Source: Candidatus Vampirococcus lugosii (GTDB taxonomy: Bacteria > Patescibacteriota > Gracilibacteria > Absconditabacterales > Absconditicoccaceae). Taken from it: DNA of 8,889 nucleotides. Positions 1-8,106 of the stretch are shown here, piece by piece. The notes beneath the pieces were generated by a model, which was not told the origin of the DNA, did not search any database, and saw only the letters and a program-made list of their open reading frames with translations. The DNA lies in NCBI RefSeq assembly GCF_018420025.1, contig NZ_JAEDAM010000045.1, forward strand, positions 1-8,889, written 5' to 3'. Position numbers and translations under genes: made by a program. Positions within the stretch are counted from its first letter, which is position 1. Each line of letters opens with the position of its first letter.

Positions 1-162
1 TATTACATAATAGAGGCGAAAGTAAATAATAGTGCAAAAAAAGCGATAGAACAAATAAATAAAAAATATTTACCACAGTTTAGCGAAGATGACGAGATAG
101 TAAAAATATGAATAAATTGGAACAAAAAATGATGAGAATTTGATGTTGTTTATGAAAAATAA
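1..162 (+). CDS. PD-(D/E)XK nuclease-like protein, C-terminal fragment (gene begins upstream of the window)
   Basis: Frame 1 is open from the window edge to TAA at 160-162 when TGA = Gly. Translation: YYIIEAKVNNSAKKAIEQINKKYLPQFSEDDEIVKIGINWNKKGGEFDVVYEK. The E-x-K, then 'AIEQIxxKxY', then the 'IGINW' tail resemble C-termini of PDDEXK_9/DUF1703-type proteins. This is from memory, with no search. Confidence 0.5.
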
Positions 163-342
163 TTAATTTTGTTGATTAAATAATTTAAAAATAGTAATAC
201 TTCAATATTGTTTTGTTTAAATAATTTCCAAATCTTCTATTTTATGTTTACTAACATTAGAAGTATTTCAATTAAGAGATTCTTTAAGAGCCAACAATAT
301 TATTTCTATGTTTTACTTTTTTTGTATCTTTTGCTAGATGTG

Positions 343-372
343 TTTGTAGTGGCGAGTATTATTGTATTTTCT
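343..372 (+). repeat. Copy 1 of a 30-nt perfect direct repeat (TTTGTAGTGGCGAGTATTATTGTATTTTCT), with GCTAG 5 nt upstream
   Basis: Identical 30-mer at 8620..8649 in the same orientation. Both copies lie in non-coding DNA and both are preceded by GCTAG (333..337 and 8614..8618). The core GTAGTGGCGAG is unusually GC-rich for this sequence. Confidence 0.9.
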
Positions 373-608
373 AGTCTTCTGCAGTAATTAAAGATAAAAA
401 ACTTTGAAAAGTTAATTAAGAACTAATAAAAACAATAAATAAAAAAGGTGTAATTAGTGGAAATTTATGAAAAAATATGTATAAAGGAGGCATTAAAATT
501 AAGTTTAAATGCTTTAAAATTAATAAAATATAAGAAAATGAATTATATAAACTGTAAACAACTCTACTATTTTTTTAATTTAGGTGTAGAAAATTAGATA
601 TAAAAATA

Positions 609-638
609 TTGACTTATTGTTTTTTTTAAGTATATAAG
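609..638 (+). promoter_or_regulatory. Candidate sigma70-type promoter for the 671 gene
   Basis: TTGACT (609..614), a 16-nt spacer, then TATATA (631..636), or TATAAG with an 18-nt spacer, about 35 nt upstream of the ATG at 671. -10-like strings are common in DNA this AT-rich, so this is weak. Confidence 0.3.
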
Positions 639-670
639 TATTAATTTATTTTATAAATTAATTTTATTCT

Positions 671-1711
671 ATGGATAGATTATCAGAAAATAAAAATGTA
701 AATAGTGAAAGTAAAAATCTTGGTGTTAATAAAGAAATTTATGATATAATAGAATGATCTTGAGCAAAGATTGAAAAAACTAATTTATGATTAAGTATAA
801 ATTTATGAGAAAAAAAAGACAATAAACTTTTTTTAAAAAAATTAATAGGTGAAATATATAAATGATGATATTGTATACAGGATATAAATATTTTTGGTAT
901 TATGGAATGTGTAAATAATTGAAAAAAAAGTTTAATTTTGTGAGCTTGATTTAAAAAGTTTGATTCGTATGAAAAAGAAATTTATGAATCAAAATTAAAA
1001 ATAGAATCAAATTGTGCAAAATTTGACTTTTTTGTTACTTATGATGAAGAAACTGATACAGAATTTAATGCAGAATATGATAAAGTAATAATGACATTAT
1101 TGCAAAATTGAATTGTATATTGAATTAATTATGATTTAATAAATAATGTTGTTAATTGACTTGAGGCTAAATCAATCCAAGTAGTAGCAGAAAGTGAAGA
1201 AGTACAAGAATTTAAAGATTGAATGAAAAAATCATATATTAAATATTTAAAATGATGAAAATCTAATAAAGCAATAAAAGAAGAGAGTATAGTAAGAGAT
1301 CTTTGTTCAAAAAATGATTCTGATAAAGCTCATAGATCTTCTTATAAACAAATGTTCCCTATGACATTTGCATATGAATGATTAAATATTATTGCTGAAT
1401 TAGTTGCTCCTAAATCATGAAAAACTTATAGAGATATGTTTGGTAATGATGTTTCAATCTCTTCAAATAATATAGATTTGAAAGATTATTCATGAGAATG
1501 AACTAAAATAAGAAATGTAGATTGAGTTCAACAAATAATTGCTACAAAAGATTGATATGTAGATATTGATCCAAAAACATGAAAAATAAATCTTTTAACA
1601 AAAGCAGATTATTCTTGAAATATTGATGAAGAAACTTGATCTTTAAATATTCTTGCTCCTGAATTTAATTTACAGTGAGATATAAAAAAAATGATATGAA
1701 TTATTAGTTAA
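671..1711 (+). CDS. FapA/DUF342-like protein, N-terminal portion (upstream frame of a split gene)
   Basis: ATG at 671, with an in-frame TAA at 659 just upstream. The frame is open to TAA at 1709-1711 with many in-frame TGA codons. 'VIMTLLQNGIVYGINYDLINNVV' resembles the FapA N-terminal domain. 'LNIIAELVAPKSGKTYRDMFGNDVSI...ATKDGYVDIDPKTGKINLL...SGNIDEETGSLNI' follows the DUF342 core pattern (p..G.dG.dvfG..i ... a.dG.v ... gdVd..tGni). The frame ends inside that conserved core. Confidence 0.65.
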
Positions 1712-1721
1712 TGATTGTACT

Positions 1722-3083
1722 GTGCAATGAAATATTTATTGAAATATATATTCCAAGTGATGAAGTATAACTATAAATTGAAAATGTATATGATGAGAAA
1801 TAGAAACAGTAAATTGAAAAATATTAATTAATTGAGATATTATTGATAATAGTAATATTATATCAGAAAATTGAACAATTATAGTTGAAAATGTAAAAGA
1901 TTCTGTGATCATTTGAAATGATATTTTGATAAAAAATGCAGAATGATGTAAAATTATTTGACATAAAGTAAAAATATTAAAAAGTATTTGAAATGAAATT
2001 ATATGAGATTATTTGCATATAAATGAACTTGTAGATAAGAAAGATAATAAAAATATAATTTATTCATTTTTATTTAATATATGAAAAATAATAGATACAT
2101 TAGATACTTTATATAAAGATTATTTAAATCTTTCCAAATTTTTGATTGATTTAAAAAAGAAAAAAGAAAATTTATTGTTTAAGTTAAATGATTGAATAAA
2201 TTATGATACAGAATATAAAGATTATTATGAAATAGAGAGAAAAGTTAGAAAATGAGAAATTAAATTAAATAAATTATCCGATGAAAAAAAACAAGTATTG
2301 GAAAAAGTTTTAAATATAATAAAGGATAGAAGACAAGAATTAAAAAGTGATTTAAATACAACAACAAATTTAGAGAAAAAAACATTAACTGAAAAAAATC
2401 AATTAAATAATAAAATTAAATCACTTGAAATAAAGATGAATGAATTTAAAGTTTCTAATTTGGAAAAATGATATTTTGTACAAAAAAGTAATTGAGACTC
2501 ATTTGATAATAGATTATATTCTGTACCAGTATCTGTAAAAGAATTATTAAATTCAAAAATATGATTTGAAAAAAAGATAAAAATATTAAAATGAGATATT
2601 GATGTATCATATGTTGATTATCTAAATGATTTATTTTGAAGTTTTGTAAGTAATCTTAAATTACAAGAGGTTTACACTGAAAAAACAAATACTAAAGATG
2701 GTAGGGAAAGATTTAATACTGTTAGAAGTTTTCATAGAACTGTATTAGTAGCAGATGATAATATACAAGAACAAGTAGATAATATTAAAGAATCTCATGA
2801 TATATTGGTAAATAATGTATTAAAAGCAAAAATGCTTGATATATGAATAAATTGAATATGATTAGTTATTAAAAATGATTGAACTGTATTAAATAAATGA
2901 GATCAGTTATTTTTGGAATTAAAAGATGAATGATGATATATTAAATTTAATTTTATTGTAGATCGAAAAGAGGCTAATGAAAATTATATAAGATTTGGAT
3001 GACATTTTGAATGAATAGATTTGAATACTGAATTGAAATTGTTGAATATTAAAAAATCTTATGAAAATAGTGTTAAATCATAA
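1722..3083 (+). CDS. FapA/DUF342-like protein, beta-helix, coiled-coil and C-terminal portion (downstream frame of the split gene)
   Basis: The frame is open from 1686 to TAA at 3081-3083. The first canonical start is GTG at 1722, and there is no ATG until about 2440. Translation shows beta-helix-type repeats: QGNIYGNIYSKGGSITINGKCIGGEIETVNGKILINGDIIDNSNIISENGTIIVENVKDSVIIGNDILIKNAEGCKIIGHKVKILKSIGNEIIGDYLHI. A long K/E/L/N-rich coiled-coil-like stretch follows (LKKKKENLLFKLND...KSLEIKMNEFKVSNLEK), as in DUF342 proteins, and then about 190 aa I do not recognise. Confidence 0.6.
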
Positions 3084-3206
3084 AAAATATGTAATGATAC
3101 TTAAAAAATGTAAGATTGTATAGTGTTGTTAAAAATAATTTGTATAATTAAATGCAATTTATTTGATAACAAACTATATAATAAATATACATAATAATAC
3201 AAAATC

Positions 3207-3231
3207 ATCTCCATTTCAAAGAAATGGAGAT
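3207..3231. terminator. Rho-independent terminator hairpin between convergent genes
   Basis: Perfect 11-bp stem ATCTCCATTTC / GAAATGGAGAT with a 3-nt loop. It lies between the plus-strand stop at 3083 and the minus-strand ruvB stop at 3278. On the minus strand it is followed by a U-rich tail (GAUUUUGUAUUAUU), so it most plausibly terminates ruvB and may act in both directions. Confidence 0.7.
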
Positions 3232-3277
3232 ATGAAAATTCTATTTAAAGATGAATGAATCATTAAAGATAAAAAAA

Positions 3278-4228
3278 TTATAATAATATTCTTCATCTAC
3301 TTGTTTTTTCAATTTTTCATAATTTTAATAAAAGTGGTTCAATATCTTCTTCTATAGCTTTTTCATTCATTCACATTTTTATTGCAATAGTTCTTACTCA
3401 AACTGCTCTTCATTCACTTTCTGATAATATTTTCAAATATTGTTTATGAATTTCTTGTATTCATCAATTTTCAAGTTTTCATCGTTTCACAAAATTTTCC
3501 CATTCATTTTTATCAAGAAAATTTTCTAAAGATAAAAAATCATTTTTACTTATTAAATAATCTCTTATTTTAATACAAAAATTTTTTATAGTTCTAGGTG
3601 TATTATCAACTTTTTCACCTATTTTTTCTATTATATTATCTGAAGTATTTATTCATAATTTTATTAAATTGTCTTTTATTATTTGATTTTTTTGTTGTGT
3701 TGTATAATTTTCAAAATGGAAAGTATATATAAATCTATTTTTCAATGGACTTGTCAAGCTTTCCAATTTGGTGGTTGCTCAAATTAATGAAAATTCATTT
3801 AATGCAATTCTTACATTTCATCATTCTGGCATCACCATATCTATACAAAAATCTTCCATAGCAGTATACAAAACTTCTTCTATATTAGGTTTTATTCTAT
3901 GTATTTCGTCTATAAATAAAATATCTTTTTTTTCAAGATTGTTCAATATAGATATTATTTCTGAAGGTTTAGAAATAGCATATCCAGTAATAATTTTTAT
4001 ATTTACACCAAATTTTTTTGCAACTATTTGTGCAATTGTTGTTTTTCAATATCAACTCTGTCATGAAAAAAGTATATGTCATAAAGTACTATTTCTTTTT
4101 TTAGCACTATCTAATGCAGTTTGTAAAATTTTTTTTATTTCATCTTGTCATACAAATTCATCAAAATCAATAGGTCTATCATTCTTTTTTTCATTCTTTT
4201 TTTGTGTAGTTATTTTTTTAATTTCCAT
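3278..4228 (-). CDS. ruvB: Holliday junction branch-migration ATPase RuvB
   Basis: Minus-strand ATG at 4228-4226 and TAA at 3280-3278, 316 aa with TGA = Gly. Translation: MEIKKITTQKKNEKKNDRPIDFDEFVGQDEIKK...LGHILFSGQSGYGKTTIAQIVA...[53 protein letters not shown]...SPLKNRF...TPRTIKNF...IEEDIEPLLLKLGKIEKTSRGRILL. It is collinear with RuvB along its length. In the Walker A motif (4037..4066) all three glycines are encoded by TGA. Confidence 0.95.
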
Positions 4229-4289
4229 ATCTTTTTTATTTTTTATTCTTATAATTAAATTATATATAAAATATATATATAAAAATTAC

Positions 4290-4321
4290 TTGAAAAATCA
4301 ACTTAAAAAACTATATATAAT
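4290..4321 (+). promoter_or_regulatory. Candidate promoter for hrcA in the ruvB/hrcA divergent intergenic region
   Basis: TTGAAA (4290..4295), a 16-nt spacer, then TATATA (4312..4317), with TATAAT at 4316..4321, about 30 nt upstream of the ATG at 4350. The surrounding DNA is almost pure TA repeat, so specificity is low. Confidence 0.3.
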
Positions 4322-4349
4322 ATATATTTATAAATAATATTGTTTAAAT

Positions 4350-5027
4350 ATGGATCCAAAACTTTTAGAGCTTTTAAAAATAGTAATAGAAAATTATATT
4401 TCTAGATGAGAACCTGTTGGTTCAAAATTTTTAAATTCTTTGGAAGATATTACTTATGCTCCATCAACATTAAGAAAATATTTAAATGAACTAGAATGAG
4501 GCTGATATTTATATCAACCTTATCATAGTGCTGGTAGATTACCAACAATTAAATGATTTTCTAATTATTTGGATGATTTATTAATAAATGAAGAAGATTT
4601 ATCAAGTGATTTTAATTTTAATGCAAAAATGGCAAGAAATTCACTTAGATTTATCGTAGAATCTCTTTGAAAATCTACAGACTGAGTAGTTGTAGGTTTT
4701 TTGAAAAATGATGAATATTATTTTTTATGAATCAATAATTTAATAACAAATGATTCTTTGAAAGATTATGAAACTATTAGATTATTAATACAATTTATAG
4801 AAAATAAAAATATTATCAAACATCTAAATAGTAAAATGATAAGATATAATCAAATAAAATATAGTTTTATAAAATCTAAAGATAAATTTATATCAAGTTT
4901 ATATGCAAAAATAAATGTAAATTGATATGAAGGAATAATTACAGTTTTGTGACCTGTAAGAATAAATTATAAAAAAAATATGAATATATTACAAAAATTT
5001 TTAAAAGCTTATAATTCGCAAATTTAA
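4350..5027 (+). CDS. hrcA: Heat-inducible transcriptional repressor HrcA, unusually short form (225 aa)
   Basis: ATG at 4350, TAA at 5025-5027. The N-terminus MDPKLLELLKIVIENYISRGEPVGSKFL...APSTLRKYLNELEGGGYLYQPYHSAGRLPTIKGFSNYLD matches the HrcA winged-helix region ('GEPVGS', 'SSGR.PT.KGYR.Y'). The C-terminus GIITVLGPVRINYKKNMNIL matches the HrcA 'G.i.vlGP.RM.Y' motif. Several conserved Gly positions are TGA codons. Confidence 0.85.
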
Positions 5028-5029
5028 AT

Positions 5030-5512
5030 ATGGAATTTGAAAAACATATACATGATTTGGAGAATATTGATATAAAAGATCCTGAAATATCACAGATGTT
5101 AATAGAATTAAAACAAGATATTCTTTCCATAAATGAACAGAGTTTTGAAGCAAAAGAATTATGTGATAAAGCAGTTTTTGCTATAGATGAAAAAAATAAA
5201 GAAGAATTAATGTACTATTTGGAAAAACTTTCTAGTATGGAAAAAAAAGAAAGTAAAGAAGCTATAATTTCTTCTACAAAAGATTTAGAAAATCTTAAAA
5301 ACAATATTCCACAAAATCAATTAAATAAAGTAAATAAAGAATATCTTGATTCTCTTACAAGAGAACAAAGAGATAAAATTATTTTTGAAATTGCTGAAAA
5401 ATGAAGAGAAAATGATTACAAAGAAGTAGAAAATATAGCAAAAGAATTAGCAAATAATGAAAAATGAGTAATATGAAAATTAATTTCTTATATTATGAAA
5501 AAATCTATATAA
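5030..5512 (+). CDS. Hypothetical acidic, predicted all-helical protein (160 aa), probably translationally coupled to hrcA
   Basis: ATG at 5030, 2 nt after the hrcA stop. Track ORF 5030..5404 continues through three in-frame TGA codons to TAA at 5510-5512. The protein is E/K/N/L-rich (MEFEKHIHDLENIDIKDPEISQMLIELKQDIL...REQRDKIIFEIAEKGRENDYKEVENIAKELANNEKGVIGKLISYIMKKSI). I recognise no family motif. Confidence 0.7.
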
Positions 5513-5539
5513 TAATTTTATATAATAAATAAATTAATA

Positions 5540-6004
5540 ATGTCTATTGTTTTAAAAAGTGCAGGTTGAATAATTTATTATTTTGATAAAAAGGATTGAA
5601 CTCCAAAATTTTTTTTGGTAAAAAGACATGCTCTTTCTGGAAAAATAGAACGAGTTGCACCAAAATGAAAAATTGAAAAAAATGAAAAAGATATAGATAC
5701 AGTTGTGAGAGAAATAAAAGAAGAAGTTTGAATTTATTCACAAAATATAAAAGTAAAATCATATTTATGAAGTGTTTTGATAAATCTTCGCAATACTGGT
5801 AAATGATCTTATGATAAAAAAATAAGTTATTATTTAGTAGAATATTTTTGAGATTTCTCTGATATTAAAATAGAAAATGTAGAATGATATTTATGATATC
5901 ATAAATGGGCAACTATACAAGAAATTAGTTGACTTATTTATTATGAAAATTTAAGACATATTTTTATGAGTGCATACAATAAAATTATGTGAAATAGTAT
6001 TTAA
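5540..6004 (+). CDS. Nudix (MutT-family) hydrolase
   Basis: ATG at 5540, TAA at 6002-6004, 154 aa. There is a perfect Nudix box GX5EX7REUXEEXGU at 5666..5734: GKIEKNEKDIDTVVREIKEEVGI, with both box glycines encoded by TGA. It is preceded by SAGGIIYY...FFLVKRH...APKG, which is typical of Nudix folds. Confidence 0.85.
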
Positions 6005-6025
6005 TTAAAAAAATTATTAATTTAT

Positions 6026-6460
6026 ATGGAAATAAAATTTATGTGATGAAATAATTTATCAATATTATGAGATAATAATTTAGATATTGATATAAAAAAT
6101 AATAATTTATTTATAAATTTTGATGAAGCAAAAAAAGATAATTTAGTAGATTGATTTTTTTATGAAAAAATATGAAATAAATCTTATTTAATTAAATATT
6201 TTGATAAAAAAATAATTATTTTGAATGAAGAATATTTATTGAATTTTGAAACAAAAATAGATGCAATATTTGTAGATATTATTAATAATAAAATAAATAT
6301 AGAATCTTTATTATTTTTTAAAAGTAGATTTATAATTCCAATTTGATTTTTTGACCGATTTCATTATAAAGAATATTTGACAAATTTTTCAAGAGAAATT
6401 ATGTTAAATAATATATCAACTCCCAAAGTTATTAAAGTTTGACAATATATTATTTTATAA
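6026..6460 (+). CDS. Hypothetical protein (144 aa)
   Basis: ATG at 6026, TAA at 6458-6460. The frame is open only when in-frame TGA codons are read as sense. Translation: MEIKFMGGNNLSILGDNNLDIDIKNNNLFINFDEAKKDNLVDGFFYEKIGNKSYLIKYF...IPIGFFDRFHYKEYL...PKVIKVGQYIIL. It is tightly packed in the operon and I recognise no motif. Confidence 0.6.
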
Positions 6461-6477
6461 AAATAAATATTAATTTA

Positions 6478-6870
6478 ATGAATAAAAAGTTAAAAATAGC
6501 GATTATTCAATTTATTATAGGAACTGTATTATTATCATTTGTTTATACTTATTTGGAATCAAATCCAGCAGAAAAAACTTCTATAATATCCTGACCAAAA
6601 ACACTTCTTGAAAATATTCAATTACTTATTTATAGTAAATTTACTGATAAATGAGTTTATTTAAAAAATAAACAATCTATGGAAAGATCTTATTGAGAAT
6701 TAATAATTAATCTTGAATCTATGCCATGTTTGTCAAGTGAATTACAAAATTTAAATTTAGTATATGAAGAATTAAAATCTGCTAGTTTGGACGAATTTTT
6801 GGAAAATGAATTTTATTTTGTGAGCAATTATCATAAATACTTAGAAAAAATAAATGAATGATGTAATTAA
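6478..6870 (+). CDS. Hypothetical membrane-anchored protein (130 aa, one N-terminal TM helix)
   Basis: ATG at 6478, TAA at 6868-6870. The N-terminus MNKKLKIAIIQFIIGTVLLSFVYTYL is a signal-anchor-like hydrophobic helix, and the remainder is polar and helical. The 3' end overlaps the tilS start by 17 nt. Confidence 0.6.
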
Positions 6871-8092
6871 TTTTGAAAATGTTAAAAGTAATATTTATAA
6901 ATTTTTGATAGAAAACATAGAAAAACATATTAAAAAAATATATATTTGAGTATCTTGATGATCAGATAGTATGTTTTTATTTTTTGTTCTACAAAAAATT
7001 ATTTATAATTTCAATTTTGATATAAAAATAATAGTTCTTCATTATAATCATTGATATAGAGAAGAATCTTTTCAAGAATCTATATTTTTACAAAATTATT
7101 TTGAACAAAATTGAATAGAATTTATATCTTGAAATTATGAATTAGACAATTTTTCTGAAAATAATTTGAGAAAAGCTAGATATTCTTTTTTTGATCAAAA
7201 TTTAAATGAAAATTCTTATCTATTTTTGGGACATAACTTGACTGATCGTGTAGAAACAAGTTTTGTAAATATGCTTCGTTGAGCTTGAATAAAATGAATA
7301 TTAAATATGAAAAAAATTTCAAAAAAAAATAATATATATTATATATGTAGACCATTATTAGATATTCCCAAAGATAAAATAAAAGATTTTTGTGATGAAT
7401 TTTCTATTCCATATTTTCAAGATTATACAAATGATAATGTTGATTTTTCTCAAAGAAATTTTATTAGAAATAATATTTTGAAAATATTTTATGAAATTTC
7501 CAACAAAGATAAAAACTGAAATTTACTTTTTTTGAAAAGCTTCATAAATTTATATGAAAACATTGAAAATATTGAAAAAAATTCTATAATAGAATATACT
7601 AAATTTCCATTACCAAATATTGTTGATTATGATTTTTTCTATTTATTAGAAACAAATATAAAAAATAAAGAAGATCTTGTTTTATTATTTGATGAATTTA
7701 ATTTATACAAAAATATATCATCAAGATTAATTGATGAATTTTATAATTTTTTTGTAAATGTTTCCTCTTGATATAAATATTTATGATGAATATATTTTCT
7801 TAAATCTTATAATAAAATTTATATTTACAAATGAAAAAATAAGTTTTGGGAACAGGATTACTCTAATATATCTCAAAAAATAAATAAAATTGGCAAAATA
7901 AATTTTTATGGTTATAATATACATATAGATAATAAAAAAATATGATATAATATTAGATTTCCAAATAAAAATGATATTTATTGAAATAAAAAATTTAATT
8001 TATATCTAAAAAAAAATAAATATCCTTTTTTTATAAGAAATCTAGTGGCAGTTATTGTTGATTGAAATACAATAATTGAAAAATTTAATTAA
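6854..8092 (+). CDS. tilS: tRNA(Ile)-lysidine synthetase TilS
   Basis: ATG at 6854, TAA at 8090-8092, 412 aa. The PP-loop SGGSDS at 6953..6970 is encoded tct-TGA-TGA-tca-gat-agt. Other matches are 'LFLGHNLTDRVETSFVNMLRGAGIKG', 'ICRPLLDIPKDKIKDF' and 'DYTNDNVDFSQRNFIRNNI' (TilS 'D.SN.d..f.RN.iR'), plus a C-terminal 'KKFNLYLKKNKYPFFIRNLVAVIVDGNTII'. Track ORFs 7307..7519 and 7532..7771 are in-frame pieces of this gene. Confidence 0.9.
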
Positions 8093-8106
8093 ATAACTAA
8101 AATAAA

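Noticed and set aside
217-312. Minus-strand open frame of 31 codons ending in TAA (NIEIILLALKESLNGNTSNVSKHKIEDLEII)
   Set aside because: It has no ATG or GTG start, only internal TTG codons, and no recognisable motif. It may be a gene remnant but there is not enough support to call it.
484-490. AAGGAGG Shine-Dalgarno-like site
   Set aside because: The nearest downstream ATG (509) opens only a two-codon frame. No gene in the window uses such a motif, so it is probably fortuitous or a relic.
1711-1770. 19-codon ATG ORF overlapping the upstream stop (TAATG): MIVLCNEIFIEIYIPSDEV
   Set aside because: It is too short. It lies in an alternative frame over the DUF342 beta-helix coding region, which has a much better protein-like translation.
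4101-4118. TTAGCACT, resembling a CIRCE half-site
   Set aside because: It lies inside the ruvB coding sequence (encoding ...LDSAK... on the minus strand). It has no matching GAGTGCTAA half 9 nt away.
3768-4337. Track ORF, plus strand, 189 aa
   Set aside because: It lies antisense to ruvB, whose minus-strand translation has full-length RuvB motifs. The plus-strand product is low-complexity F/I/L/S-rich, which is typical of a shadow ORF in AT-rich DNA.
4939-5130. Track ORF, minus strand, 63 aa
   Set aside because: It lies antisense across the hrcA 3' end and the start of the 5030 gene. It has a low-complexity product and no support.
5030-5512. Possible GrpE, given its position after hrcA
   Set aside because: It has no GrpE-like motifs and no beta-rich C-terminal domain signature. 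The sequence looks entirely helical and acidic, so I kept it as hypothetical.
5544-5762. Track ORF, minus strand, 72 aa
   Set aside because: It lies antisense to the Nudix hydrolase gene, whose plus-strand frame contains a perfect Nudix box.
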